Source: an uncultured Gemmataceae bacterium (GTDB lineage Bacteria > Planctomycetota > Planctomycetia > Gemmatales > Gemmataceae). Taken from it: a DNA stretch of 64,000 nt. The translations under genes and the position numbers were made by a program. Below the pieces are notes generated by a model, which worked only from the letters and a program-made list of their open reading frames with translations, did no database searches and was not told where the DNA came from. The DNA lies in contig CAVVPN010000003.1 of NCBI GenBank assembly GCA_963750165.1, positions 960,001 through 1,024,000 of the forward strand. Direction: 5' to 3'. How positions within the stretch are numbered: the first letter of the stretch is position 1; the number at the start of each line of letters is the position of its first letter. This document shows, piece after piece, positions 40,811 through 53,053 of the stretch.

Positions 40811-43405
40811 ATGCGCATCGGCCTGTGCGTGCTGGTCTATTTGGGATGCGTGACCGTCGCCGGCGCTCAGCCGAAGGCCGCGGCCCGCGTGGATGCCCTG
40901 GGCGACCCCTTACCCGAAGGCACCGTCGCTCGCCTCGGCACCACCCGGCTGGTGCATCTCCCCGGTTCCATTGGTGGACTTGCCCTCTCGCCCAATGGCA
41001 AGCGCGTGGCGACCGCCAGCAAGAACCCCAGGTTTGCAGGCCCTGGTCAACTCCTGCTCTGGGACGCCGCATCCGGCCGAATGCTCCGCGAAATTGCCAT
41101 CCCGGAGAACAGCAATTATCACACCTTGCGCTTTTCTCCGGACGGCAAGTTGCTCGCCCTCGCCGGTAATAACACGATCGGGCTCTGGGAGGTGGAGACC
41201 GGCAAACTGCGTGCGCGGTTGACCCACAACAGCAAGCCCCCTCTGCAACCGATCCGATACCTCGATTTCTCCCCCGGTGGAGACATCTGTTTGGCCGTCC
41301 ACGTCGGTGCGGCCGCCAGTAAATGGGACATCAAGACCGGCAAACTCCTCCAGCACCTGGACAGCGCCAGCGTTGCGCCGCTGCTTCCGGAAGCGAAGGC
41401 GATAAAGATGGATCAGGCGGCGGTGGAAATCATCTATTCGCCCACGGGCACGGTGGCGGCCTGTCTGGTGGTCACCGCGGGGGGGACCGAGAAGCAGACG
41501 GTAGAAACCAGCCGCGTCTATTTTGTGGACGCCGTCAAGCAGACGCTCTCCCATCAATCGGAGGTCATCCCACAAAAAATTGTGCAGCTACGGTTTTCCC
41601 CGGACGGCAAACGGTTGGGTGCGATGGCCGAAAAGAAACTGTGGCTCCTCGACGCCGCCACCGGGAAAGTGCAGCTGACCATTCCGGACTTTTTCGGAGG
41701 GTTGGCGTTTACCGGCGACGGCAAGTGGTTGACCGGGTACTCGACAAGTCGTGTGCAGGTCTGGGACGCCGCCTCGGGGAAACCCCTGCGGCAACTGCCG
41801 GGCACCGCCCACGAGTATGCGCTGGCCAGCAACGGCCGGGTGGCCACCGCGGACTTTCAAACGGTTCGCTTGTGGGATGCCGGCACGGGCAAGGAAACGC
41901 GCCTGGCTCCCGGGCACCGCGATGCCCCGGAGTTGCACTTCCTGCCGGACGGCACCCTGGTGACTGCTGATTTTGAGCCGAAGATGATCGCCTGGGAACC
42001 GCGCACCTGGACGGTGAAGGAAGAGATTCGTCCGCTCCGCGAACAGGGGCCGGACGCGCCCTGTCCGATGACCAAATTGTGGGTGCGCAAGCAGGACGGC
42101 TTTTACCAGTTGCGGGACGGCGTCACGGGCAAGCTGGTGCGGAACCTGGTGGCTGCCCCCAAGGAGGACGAACTGTTTAGCGGGCGCATTGCGCCCAACG
42201 GCAAGGTGCTCGTTTTGAGAACGTCCCCAAAGCGGCACGTGTTCGAACGCCTGCAGTTCTTCGAGGTCGCCACCGGCAAGCCCCTCGGGAAGCTGGAGAA
42301 CCTGAAGCACATCCTCACTTTCGACTTAACCAACGGGTTCGCGCAGGGCGGCGACCGGTTTGCCTATCAGAACGATGACGGCGGCTTCACCCTGGTGGAC
42401 GTGCAGACCGGAAAATCACGTCGAGTGCAGGTGCCGCCCCGGGGAGCCGACAGCGAATTTGCGCCGAGCACCCCCCGCTTCCATCGCTTCTCGCCGGACG
42501 GCCGGTTCTTCGTCACGTTGCCCAACGGCGCCTATGCCTGGTCTGGAAAAGACAGCACCATCGTCGTGACGGAGGTGGCCACCGACAAAGACATCCGCCG
42601 CTTTGCGGTCCCGCCGCTGCCCGATTCGGATCGGGCCAGTCTCTGGTATTTCGCCGTGTCGCCGGACAATCGGTTGCTCGCGGGGAGCTATTTCGGCGAC
42701 AAGGACATTTATTTGTGGGAAATCGCCTCGGGTCGAGTGCGCGGCAAACTCGCCGGCCACAAAATCTTTGTCTGGTCCGTGGAATTCTCCCCGGACGGGA
42801 GGTTGCTGGCGTCTAGCAGCACGGACACGACGGTCCTGATCTGGGATGTTCGGCGTGCGTTGAGCGGCAAACCCCGCGCCGTTGGCCAGCGCACGCCCGC
42901 CGAACTGGCGACGCTGTGGAAGGACCTGGGCGAACCGGATGCCATGCGGGCCGATGACGCCATCTGGACGCTGATCCACACGCCCCAGCAGAGCGTGCCG
43001 TTGCTCCGCCAGCGGGTGCAGCCGATCAAGGCGCCGCCCGTGGGTCAGGTGGAACGCCTCATCGCGGACCTGGACAGCAAGGTGTTCAAGGTGCGTCAAC
43101 ACGCGGAGACCGAATTGGTGGCACTGCAGGAACTGGCCGTGCCGGCGTTGGTCAAGGCACTGGCGCGCACGGACCTGTCACTGGAACTGCAACGGCGGCT
43201 CCAGAGCATCTTCGCCCGGCTGCCCCAACCGACGGAACCGCCCGCGTGCCTGCGTGAGCTGCGAGCGCTGGAAGTGCTGGAGCGGATCGATACCGCGGCA
43301 GCGCGCGACGTGCTCCAGAGGGTCGCCGCTGGCGCGCCCGGTGCCCGCGTGACGCAGGAAGCGGCGGCCTGTCTACGCCGCCTCCAGAACCCGTCCTCGA
43401 AGTGA
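40811..43405 (+). CDS. Secreted WD40-repeat protein
   Basis: AGGAG RBS, signal peptide, DALGDPLPEG..ARLG, many FSPDG..WD/WE repeats, C-terminal LRALEVLE region. Confidence 0.88.
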   Translation: MRIGLCVLVYLGCVTVAGAQPKAAARVDALGDPLPEGTVARLGTTRLVHLPGSIGGLALSPNGKRVATASKNPRFAGPGQLLLWDAASGRMLREIAIPENSNYHTLRFSPDGKLLALAGNNTIGLWEVETGKLRARLTHNSKPPLQPIRYLDFSPGGDICLAVHVGAAASKWDIKTGKLLQHLDSASVAPLLPEAKAIKMDQAAVEIIYSPTGTVAACLVVTAGGTEKQTVETSRVYFVDAVKQTLSHQSEVIPQKIVQLRFSPDGKRLGAMAEKKLWLLDAATGKVQLTIPDFFGGLAFTGDGKWLTGYSTSRVQVWDAASGKPLRQLPGTAHEYALASNGRVATADFQTVRLWDAGTGKETRLAPGHRDAPELHFLPDGTLVTADFEPKMIAWEPRTWTVKEEIRPLREQGPDAPCPMTKLWVRKQDGFYQLRDGVTGKLVRNLVAAPKEDELFSGRIAPNGKVLVLRTSPKRHVFERLQFFEVATGKPLGKLENLKHILTFDLTNGFAQGGDRFAYQNDDGGFTLVDVQTGKSRRVQVPPRGADSEFAPSTPRFHRFSPDGRFFVTLPNGAYAWSGKDSTIVVTEVATDKDIRRFAVPPLPDSDRASLWYFAVSPDNRLLAGSYFGDKDIYLWEIASGRVRGKLAGHKIFVWSVEFSPDGRLLASSSTDTTVLIWDVRRALSGKPRAVGQRTPAELATLWKDLGEPDAMRADDAIWTLIHTPQQSVPLLRQRVQPIKAPPVGQVERLIADLDSKVFKVRQHAETELVALQELAVPALVKALARTDLSLELQRRLQSIFARLPQPTEPPACLRELRALEVLERIDTAAARDVLQRVAAGAPGARVTQEAAACLRRLQNPSSK

Positions 43406-43517
43406 ATGCACGCACGCCGTTCGCTATAATCAACCGCGGCGCGAACGTCCGCCGCGGCGCCGCTGTCATTAGCGCGGGCGACGACCTTTTTCACGACCGA
43501 TTTGCAAGGACAAACTC

Positions 43518-45302
<1,785 letters not shown>

Positions 45303-45318
45303 CGCGTGACCCTGGGGT

Positions 45319-45378
45319 GTAGCGGAAGTCGCCAGACTTCCGTCCGGCACTGCTCGGAAGTCTGGCGACTTCCGCTAC
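45319..45378. repeat. GTAG-type REP doublet
   Basis: gtagcggaagtcgccagacttccg...cggaagtctggcgacttccgctac. Confidence 0.88.
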
Positions 45379-45400
45379 CCCAAACGCCACGCGCTGGTTA

Positions 45401-45542
45401 GCAACGCCGGGCGCCGGCCGGCCCGGCCCTGCACGGCAGGGCACCACCTGTCGCGTTGGGTGTGTAAAAAACGTGAGATGAAACGGCAACTCCTGTGTTC
45501 CCACCGAGTTATTTCATCTCACCCCCGTGAGATGAAACGCCG
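45401..45542 (+). repeat. Dispersed repeat family 2, copy E
   Basis: About 140 bp homologous to the reverse complement of 57815-57957. Confidence 0.8.
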
Positions 45543-45595
45543 CTGCCTGCCCAGGCGGGACCGGGGCAGGCGAACCAAAAGGTTGGAGGACCTGC

Positions 45596-45904
45596 ATGAG
45601 CGACGGCCCCGTGCGCAAGGTGCTGCGGAACTGGCGCGAGCGCCACCGCGACCCGTTCAACTTCTGGATCCACCTGATTGGCATCCCAATGGCGGTCGTC
45701 GGTGTGGTGCTGCTGTGCGCGCTGCCCTGGGATCAATGGTACTGGGGCGCCGGCGCCTTCGTGCTCGGCTACGTCCTGCAATACATCGGCCATTGCGTTG
45801 AGGGCAACGACCTCGGCGAATGGGCGGGCGTCAAACGGCTACTGGGTTTGCCCTACGTCTCCATTTCGCCGCGCTGGCAACAGCCCACCGCGGAGCAGCG
45901 CTGA
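45596..45904 (+). CDS. DUF962/Mpo1-like small membrane protein
   Basis: HRDPFNFWIHLIGIP...LQYIGH..EGN; GGAGG RBS. Confidence 0.8.
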   Translation: MSDGPVRKVLRNWRERHRDPFNFWIHLIGIPMAVVGVVLLCALPWDQWYWGAGAFVLGYVLQYIGHCVEGNDLGEWAGVKRLLGLPYVSISPRWQQPTAEQR

Positions 45905-45924
45905 TGCCTGCCCTGCCGACTTTA

Positions 45925-45955
45925 TTCATCCTTCATCCTTCATTCTTCATCCTTC
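45925..45955. repeat. Heptamer tandem repeat (ttcatcc)4
   Basis: ttcatcc ttcatcc ttcattc ttcatcc ttc. Confidence 0.8.
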
Positions 45956-46149
45956 CGAAGTCCGCCGTCATACACGGCACGTCCGGCAAATTTCACCCAA
46001 GTCCACAGCGGCGGACGGCCGATACAGTTCACACCTACATCTCAGAGTGCGCGACGGCGGCGCGAGGGGATCGCGTGCCGAAAAGTGCGGATACCATTTC
46101 AGGCGTGGACCGCCGCCCTCCGGGGCTGTCCGTTCTGACGGGGTGAACC

Positions 46150-48525
46150 ATGATGCGCTGGAAAGCAATGGTCCTGGGGTTGGCCCTGGCCGTCACCGCC
46201 TTCGCGGGGTGTACGCAGACGTGCTTCATGAACAAAGAGGATCTGGACGCCTTTACCAAACGCAACATCCTGCCGCCAAACTGGGATCGCCGCCCGGACC
46301 TGAGCATCGTCCCGGACAAGACCGAGATGCCGCCGCCGCCGGATGTCAACAACCCGGAGCGGGAGCCGCACTACCTGACGCTCCACGAGGCCATCGCCCG
46401 GGCCCTGGAGAACGGCGTCATCGGCTCGACCAGCGTTCGCAACCTCGGTGTCGATACCATCGACCTGACCTACACGGCCAACGGCGGCTCCTTCGGCCTG
46501 CCCCTGGGCACGCTCAGCATCCGCGTTTTCGCCCTGGAACCGGCCATCGCCCAGGCCAACATTGAGGCCCAGCTGGCGCGCTTCGACGTGACCGCCCGCG
46601 CCATCTCACAGTTTACCACCAGCGACCCCAACCCACTCGCCCCGGGCCGCTTCCAGTCGGGCCAGTTCTTCCAGGGCGGCATGAGTTTGGAAAAGCCGCT
46701 GTCCACCGGCGGTATCGCCGCCATCGACTTCGGTAGCCCGACGACGCCCAACCTGTTCACCGGCGGCAACCTGTACAACAACTTCACCAACCAGTCGTTC
46801 CTGAGCGGTGCGGTCAACCCGACCTACACCCCGGACCTGCACTTCGTCTTCAACCAGCCGTTGTTGCAGGGCTCCGGCGTCGATTACAACCTGCTGGCAC
46901 CGGTCCACCCGAACTCCAACCAGACGCAAAACTTCGGCGTCGGCGGCACCGGCTCCGCCTTCCAGGGCATCCTGGTGAGCCGGGTCAACTTCGACCAGAC
47001 GCGCATCGACCTGGAATACCGCGTCGCCTTCATGCTGGTGAACGTCGAGACCGCCTACTGGAACCTGTACGGAGCCTTCGTCAACCTCTACAGCAGCGAG
47101 CAGGCGTTGCGGCAGGCGTTCGAGGCCTGGCGCATCAGCAAGGCCAAGTACGAGGCCGGCTCGGTGGCCATCACCCAGTTCGCCCAGACGCGCGGCCAGT
47201 ACGAGCAGTTTCGCGGCGACCGCATCACCGCTCTGGGCCAGGTGCTGGAGGCGGAGCGGACGCTGCGCCATCTGATCGGCCTGCCGGTCGAGGACGGCAA
47301 GCGCCTGGTGCCGGTGGACACGCCGACGCTCACGCCCTACATCCCCGACTGGCACACGGCCGCCAACGAGACGCTGGCCCTGCGGCCCGAGTTAATCAAC
47401 GCCCGCCAGGATCTGAAGCTCCGCCAGCTGGAACTGACGCGCATCCGCAACCAGCTGCTGCCGCAGTTGAACCTGAACTCGAACTACAACATCCACGGCC
47501 TGGGCACGTCGCTCAGCGGCGACGGCGTGGTCACCGGCACCGGTGCCACCGGAACCCCGGTCACCGAGACGAGCAACGCTCTGCGGAGCATCGCCGGCCT
47601 GCACAATGCCGACTTCACCCTGGGCCTGACGTTCGCCATGCCGATCGGCTACCGCTTCGCCAACGCCCAGGTCCGCCAGGCTCACCTGCGGTTGGCCCAG
47701 GGCTATTTGGGGTTGAAGGAACAGGAGCAGCGGGCGCTGATGTACCTGGCACAGCAGTACCGGACGATCATCGAGAAGTACCAGGCGATCCAGGCCCGGC
47801 GGGCGCAGCGGCAGGCGTTCGCCGAGCAGGTCGAGGCCCGCTTCAAGGAGTTCGTGGCCGGCAAGACGACGGCCGACTTCCTGCTGGAAGCACAACGGCA
47901 GTGGGCGGCGGCCCTGAGTTCAGAGTTCCAGGAGATCGTCAACTACAACAACGCTCTGGCCCGCTTCCAGTTCGCCAAGGGCACCATGCTGCAGCACGAC
48001 AACGTCATCATCTCCGAGGGCATGATCCCGCAGTGTGCCCAGATCAGCGCCGTGGAGCACGAACGGCAGCGGAGCCACGCCCTGGTGCTGCGCGAGCGTG
48101 CCGCGCCGATCCCGGCCCCGAACTGCGGGCCGGGCAACCAGAACTGCGGGCCGGGTTGTGCGGTCCTGCCCAACCTGCCCGAAGTCAGTGCTCCGTCGCT
48201 GCCGGCCCTGATGGGCGGGGCGCCGCCGGTGCCGGAGATCAACCCGACATCGCCGAAGGACAATTTGCAGGTGCGGAACGTGCCGGCGCTGACCGTGAAC
48301 GACAAGGACGCCCCGCCGGTTCGCCTGCCCCAGATACTGCCGACCACGGCCGCCGGCCCGTCTCCGACGCAGACGGCGCCGCCCGCCATGCCGACGCTGC
48401 CGCTGGCGTCGTCGGCGCTGGTGCCGACGACGCCGCCGCTGCCGACGATACCGGTCGCGGTGCCGCCCGCGGTGGTGCCGGCGGTGCCACCGGTGCCGGC
48501 GACGCCGGTCACGCGGATGCAGTGA
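46150..48525 (+). CDS. TolC-family outer-membrane lipoprotein
   Basis: Lipobox FAGC; LTLHEAIARALEN, QPLLQG, AYWNL, ALRPEL, LLPQLNL; Pro-rich tail. Confidence 0.85.
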   Translation: MMRWKAMVLGLALAVTAFAGCTQTCFMNKEDLDAFTKRNILPPNWDRRPDLSIVPDKTEMPPPPDVNNPEREPHYLTLHEAIARALENGVIGSTSVRNLGVDTIDLTYTANGGSFGLPLGTLSIRVFALEPAIAQANIEAQLARFDVTARAISQFTTSDPNPLAPGRFQSGQFFQGGMSLEKPLSTGGIAAIDFGSPTTPNLFTGGNLYNNFTNQSFLSGAVNPTYTPDLHFVFNQPLLQGSGVDYNLLAPVHPNSNQTQNFGVGGTGSAFQGILVSRVNFDQTRIDLEYRVAFMLVNVETAYWNLYGAFVNLYSSEQALRQAFEAWRISKAKYEAGSVAITQFAQTRGQYEQFRGDRITALGQVLEAERTLRHLIGLPVEDGKRLVPVDTPTLTPYIPDWHTAANETLALRPELINARQDLKLRQLELTRIRNQLLPQLNLNSNYNIHGLGTSLSGDGVVTGTGATGTPVTETSNALRSIAGLHNADFTLGLTFAMPIGYRFANAQVRQAHLRLAQGYLGLKEQEQRALMYLAQQYRTIIEKYQAIQARRAQRQAFAEQVEARFKEFVAGKTTADFLLEAQRQWAAALSSEFQEIVNYNNALARFQFAKGTMLQHDNVIISEGMIPQCAQISAVEHERQRSHALVLRERAAPIPAPNCGPGNQNCGPGCAVLPNLPEVSAPSLPALMGGAPPVPEINPTSPKDNLQVRNVPALTVNDKDAPPVRLPQILPTTAAGPSPTQTAPPAMPTLPLASSALVPTTPPLPTIPVAVPPAVVPAVPPVPATPVTRMQ

Positions 48526-48577
48526 CCGACGGACACCTGGATGAGAATGCCGGGGCGGCCGATCCCCCCGCCCTTGC

Positions 48578-48612
48578 CAGCCCGCGGCCTTGTGCCGCGG
48601 GCTGATTGTTTT
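48578..48612 (+). terminator. Intrinsic terminator candidate
   Basis: cagcccgcggc-cttgt-gccgcgggctg followed by attgtttt. Confidence 0.55.
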
Positions 48613-48670
48613 GCGGCTGGCGGAGGACTCGTCCGAGCCGCGCTACGCCGCCAGCGGCAGAAAGAAGGCC

Positions 48671-49639
48671 ATGCGCGTCTTCGTCTACGAATACACCTGT
48701 GCCCGGAACGCCGCCGAACTGCCGCCGTCGTTGTGCGCCGAGGGCGCCGCCATGCTGGGGGCGCTGGTCGCGGACCTGGAGCGCGGCGGCGCCCGCACCG
48801 TGACGCTGCTGCACGCCGGCTGGCCGCACGACCCGGCCACGGAGGAGTCGGCATTTTGCGAACTGGCCCGTACCGCCGACTGGACCTGGGCGGTCGCACC
48901 GGAGTTCGGCGGCCTGCTGGCGGAGCGCTGCCGCTGGACGCACACCGCGGGCGGCCGTTGGCTCGGCCCGACGCCGAGTGCGCTGGAGCTAACGGCGGAC
49001 AAGCTGGCGCTGGCGACGCACCTGCGCCACCACGGGGTGCCGACGCCCGCGTGCCAGCTGGCGGCCAGCGCAACTGCGCCCGTGTTTCCCGCGGTCTGCA
49101 AGCCGCGCTACGGCGCCGGATCGCAGGCGACGTTCCTGGTGCCCGACGCCGCGGCGCTGGCGGCGCTGCTGGCCGAGCCCGCGGTGTTGCGCCCGGAACT
49201 GCTGGGCGAGCCGCTGTTGCAGCCGTACCTATCCGGCATCCCGGCGAGCGTCACTTTTCTGATCGGGCCGCACCAGACTCTGCCGCTGACACCGGCGCTG
49301 CAACACGTCGCCGAAGCGGACGGCTTTCGCTATCTGGGAGGTGAGCTGCCGCTGGCCGGAGCGCTGGCGGCGCGGGCGGTGGCGCTGGCGGCGCTGGCGG
49401 TCGCGGTGGTGCCAGGGCTGCTCGGCTACGTCGGCGTCGATCTGCTGCTCGGCGACGCGGACGCAGTGCTCGAGATCAACCCGCGCCTGACGACTTCCTA
49501 TCTCGGCCTGCGTGCCCTGTGTCGCGACAACCTCGCCGCGGCGCTGCTGCGGCTGCAGCGCGGCGAAGACCTGCCGCCGTTGGTCTGGCACGGCGGCCGG
49601 GTGCGGTTTGACGCCGCCGGACAGATACATTGGGGGTGA
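48671..49639 (+). CDS. ATP-grasp protein (MfnD/PylC-like)
   Basis: MRVFVYEY...EG.AML..L..D, VAPE, ADK, KPRYGAGS, GYVGVD, EINPRLTTSY.GLR. Confidence 0.8.
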   Translation: MRVFVYEYTCARNAAELPPSLCAEGAAMLGALVADLERGGARTVTLLHAGWPHDPATEESAFCELARTADWTWAVAPEFGGLLAERCRWTHTAGGRWLGPTPSALELTADKLALATHLRHHGVPTPACQLAASATAPVFPAVCKPRYGAGSQATFLVPDAAALAALLAEPAVLRPELLGEPLLQPYLSGIPASVTFLIGPHQTLPLTPALQHVAEADGFRYLGGELPLAGALAARAVALAALAVAVVPGLLGYVGVDLLLGDADAVLEINPRLTTSYLGLRALCRDNLAAALLRLQRGEDLPPLVWHGGRVRFDAAGQIHWG

Positions 49640-49713
49640 CACTTGCGCAGCCCCGGCGGACGGTTCTCGTTACAATGTCCGGACGCCGCCCACGTTTGCC
49701 AAGGAGTCGCAAG

Positions 49714-50862
49714 ATGAAGCAGCGGTTGCTGACGCCCGGCCCAACGCCCGTGCCCGAGGAAACGCTCCTCGAACTGGCCCGGCCGGTCTACTACCACCGC
49801 TCCGCCGAGTTCCGCCAGGTGCTCGCCGAGGTGCTGGAGGATTTGCAATACGTCTACCGTACCCGCAACCCGGTGGTGCCGTTGACCTCTTCCGGCACCG
49901 GCGCGTTGGAGGCGGCGCTGGTCAACAGCGTGCCGCCGGGCGGCAAGGCCATTTGCCTGATCGCCGGCCGCTTCGGCGAGCGCTGGCGCAGCCTGTGCCA
50001 GGCGTTCGGCGTCGAGAGCGTGAACGTCACGGTGCCCTACGGCCAGGCGGTGCCGCCCGAGGCGCTGGCCCGCGCCCTGACCGACCACCCCAACGCCGCC
50101 GTGGTCTGTTCGACGCTGAGCGAAACGTCCACGGGCGTCGCCAATGACGTGGCCGCCTACGGTCAGCTGGTGGCGGAAACGCCGGCGCTGCTGCTGGTGG
50201 ACGCGATCAGCGCCCTGGGCGTCATGGAGTGCCGCACCGACGAGTGGCACGTGGACATTTGCTGTTCGGGCTCGCAGAAGGCGTTGATGATGCCGCCGGG
50301 CCTGGCGTTCGTGGCGGTGAGCGACAAGGCGTGGCAGGTGATCGAGCAGAATCCGCAGCCGCGGACGTTCTACTTCGACCTGAAGAAGGCGCGGACGAAG
50401 TTGGAGACGGGCGACACGCCGTACACGCCGGCGCACACGCTGGTGCGGGCACTGCGGGTTAGCCTGAAGCGCATTCGGGCGGAGGGCATCGAGAACGTGT
50501 GGGCTCGGCAGGCACGGAACGCCGCGGCGGCACAGGCCGGATTCCAGGCGATGGGGCTGGAACTGTTCGCGGCGCGGCCGGCGACGGGGTTGACCGTGGC
50601 GAAGATGCCGCCGGGCGTTGACGGCAACGTGCTGTTGTCGAAGCTGGAGAAGCAGTATGGGTTGAAGCTGGCGAACGGGCAGGATCGGCTCAAGGGCAAG
50701 ATCATCCGGCTGGGGCACATGGGCTACATCGATCAGTTCGACGTGCTGGCGGCGCTGGCGGGCGTGGAGTTGGTGCTGCACGAGTTGGGGCATCCGCTGG
50801 AGCCGGGCGTCGGCGTGACGGCGGCGCAGCGGGTGTTCGCGGCGGCGGTGACGGCGAAGTAG
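49714..50862 (+). CDS. Class V PLP aminotransferase (AGT/phosphoserine aminotransferase-like)
   Basis: LLTPGPTPVP, SSGTGALE, ETSTG, VDAIS, GSQKALM, RLGHMG; AAGGAG RBS. Confidence 0.9.
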   Translation: MKQRLLTPGPTPVPEETLLELARPVYYHRSAEFRQVLAEVLEDLQYVYRTRNPVVPLTSSGTGALEAALVNSVPPGGKAICLIAGRFGERWRSLCQAFGVESVNVTVPYGQAVPPEALARALTDHPNAAVVCSTLSETSTGVANDVAAYGQLVAETPALLLVDAISALGVMECRTDEWHVDICCSGSQKALMMPPGLAFVAVSDKAWQVIEQNPQPRTFYFDLKKARTKLETGDTPYTPAHTLVRALRVSLKRIRAEGIENVWARQARNAAAAQAGFQAMGLELFAARPATGLTVAKMPPGVDGNVLLSKLEKQYGLKLANGQDRLKGKIIRLGHMGYIDQFDVLAALAGVELVLHELGHPLEPGVGVTAAQRVFAAAVTAK

Positions 50863-50888
50863 TTTGAAATGCTCGCACCCAGCTGGCG

Positions 50889-50936
50889 CCCGTTTACGTT
50901 TCGCGCTGGCGGCGGTCGCGCGAAACGTAAACGGGG
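50889..50936. repeat. Hairpin of the ccccgttt..tttcgcgc family
   Basis: cccgtttacgtttcgcgc...gcgcgaaacgtaaacggg, followed by a T-rich tract. Confidence 0.8.
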
Positions 50937-50974
50937 TCATTTTTATTCAGTAGCCCCAGGGAAGGCTGCCACCC

Positions 50975-52597
50975 ATGCCACGCATTCTAATCAGCGACAA
51001 GCTCGAATCCTTCGGCCTCGACCTGCTCCAGCAAGCCGGCCTTGAAGTCGATAACCGTCCCAACCTGGGCAAGGACCTCCCCGCCCTGAAGGAGGCCCTG
51101 CAGGCGGCCGACGGCGTCATCATCCGCAGCGGCACCACGCTCACCGCCGACCTGCTCGACCAGCCTGGCAAGTTGCGCGCCATCGTCCGCGCCGGCGTCG
51201 GCGTCGATAACATCGACGTGGCGGCGGCGACGCGGCGCGGCATCGTCGTCATGAACACACCAGGTGGCAACACCGTCAGCACCGCCGAGCACACCGTCGC
51301 CATGCTCCTGGCCCTGGCGCGCCACATCCCCGCCGCGGACGCCAGCCTTCGCCAGGGCAAGTGGGACCGCAACAAATTCGTCGGCACCCAGCTGGCCGGC
51401 AAAACCCTCGGCGTCGTCGGCCTGGGCCGTGTCGGCCGCGAGGTCGCTCGCCGGGCACTCGGCCTCGACCTGAAGGTGGTCGGCTTCGACCCCGTGCTCG
51501 CGCCGGAGCGCGCCGCCCAGCTCGGCATTGAATCGGTGCCCGACATCGACGCCCTGCTGCCGCGCTGCGACTTCCTCACCGTCCACGTGCCCGGCGGCGC
51601 CGAAACCGTCAACCTGATCGGTGCCGCCCAACTGGCGAAGCTCAAGCCCGGCGCCCGCGTCATCAACTGCGCCCGCGGCGGCATCGTCAACGAGGAGGCG
51701 CTGGCCGAGGCGCTGAAGTCCGGCCACGTCGCCGGGGCGGCGCTGGACGTGTTCGTCAACGAGCCGCCCGGCGACCATCCGTTGCTGAAGCTGCCAAACG
51801 TCGTGGCGACGCCGCACCTGGGCGCCTCCACGGCGGAGGCCCAGGAGGCGGTGGCCCGTGAGGCCGCCCAGCTGATGACCGACTTTCTGCTGCGCGGCGT
51901 CGTCGGCTTCGCGGTCAACATGGCCGCGGTGGACCGCACCGAACTGGCTGAACTGCGGTTGTACGTGGACATGGCCCACCGTCTCGGTCTGCTGCACGCC
52001 CAGATGGCGCAGGGATCGCTGCGGCGCGTCGAACTGAACTACCGCGGCGACGTTGCCAACCGGAGCACGCGGTTGGTGACCGCGGCGTTCGCGGCGGGGC
52101 TGCTGGAATCGCGGCTCGCGCAGGACGTGAACATCGTCAACGCCGAACTGCTGGCCCGTGAGCGTGGCATTGAAATTGTCGAGCAGTTGTCGCCCAAAGC
52201 TGGCGACTTCCGCACGCTGATTCGCGCTCACGTGACCACGGAGAAGAAGAGCTACACCGCGGCGGCCACGCTGTTTGGCGATCAATACCTGCGGCTCGTG
52301 CAACTGGGGCCGTACCACCTCGACAGCTTCATGGACGGCGTCATGCTGCTGTTCACGCACCGCGACGTGCCGGGACTGATCGGCTTCATCGGCACCATCT
52401 TCGGCAAGTATCAGGTGAACATCGCCCAGATGACGGTCGGCCGCCAGGTGCCGGGCGGCGAGGCCATCGCGGTGCTGAACCTCGACAGCCCGCCGCCGGA
52501 GGAGGCTCTCCAGGAGGTGCGCGCCCACCCGCAGATCAGCAGCCTGAGCGTCGTCAAACTGCCGCCCGCCGGCGCCATGCCGAAGTGGTTCGGTTAA
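50975..52597 (+). CDS. serA: D-3-phosphoglycerate dehydrogenase (ASB+ACT type)
   Basis: RAGVGVDNID, GLGRVG, INCARGG, TPHLGAST, C-terminal DVPGLIG ACT domain. Confidence 0.95.
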   Translation: MPRILISDKLESFGLDLLQQAGLEVDNRPNLGKDLPALKEALQAADGVIIRSGTTLTADLLDQPGKLRAIVRAGVGVDNIDVAAATRRGIVVMNTPGGNTVSTAEHTVAMLLALARHIPAADASLRQGKWDRNKFVGTQLAGKTLGVVGLGRVGREVARRALGLDLKVVGFDPVLAPERAAQLGIESVPDIDALLPRCDFLTVHVPGGAETVNLIGAAQLAKLKPGARVINCARGGIVNEEALAEALKSGHVAGAALDVFVNEPPGDHPLLKLPNVVATPHLGASTAEAQEAVAREAAQLMTDFLLRGVVGFAVNMAAVDRTELAELRLYVDMAHRLGLLHAQMAQGSLRRVELNYRGDVANRSTRLVTAAFAAGLLESRLAQDVNIVNAELLARERGIEIVEQLSPKAGDFRTLIRAHVTTEKKSYTAAATLFGDQYLRLVQLGPYHLDSFMDGVMLLFTHRDVPGLIGFIGTIFGKYQVNIAQMTVGRQVPGGEAIAVLNLDSPPPEEALQEVRAHPQISSLSVVKLPPAGAMPKWFG

Positions 52598-52881
52598 AAA
52601 CCCGATCCACAGATGACACAGATGAACTCAGATAAAGACAAATGGCCAATTTGTTTGTCTGTAGAGCGGTTCACGCACGGTTTGCGCACAAGTGGCGGCG
52701 GGCACGGGCTGACCTCCAGCGGCCTGCGCTGCCACAGCAAGGGGGCCAAGGGGGCCAAGGGGGCCAACTTTTTCACACGTCGAGATTCGGCGCCTGGCAG
52801 CGCCGGCCTGCCGTTCGTGGTCCACACAACTGCGAACCGCGCTATCTGAGTTCATCTGTGTCATCTGTGGATCGGGTTTTT
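52596..52881. repeat. REP-like palindrome (perfect 39-bp arms) interrupted by a MITE
   Basis: aaaaacccgatccacagatgacacagatgaactcagata (52596-634) and its exact reverse complement (52843-881). Confidence 0.9.
52664..52842 (-). mobile_element. MITE-like element, family 1 copy D, flanked by TA on both sides
   Basis: TA|GAGCGGTTC...GAACCGCGC|TA; the core is the reverse complement of copies A-C. Confidence 0.85.
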
Positions 52882-53053
52882 TTCCGGACGTGGGAACTTT
52901 GCCGCCGCCGACCGCGTCGAAGGAGGTAACGGGGTCGGAGAGAGAAGTAGGCACTTGACAACCAACCCCACCACAAGCCACATTACAGTGTTCCCCGCGT
53001 TTCCAATCGGGCAGAGCGAAACAGGGGCAGCCACCCGGAAAGCAGGTATTCAA

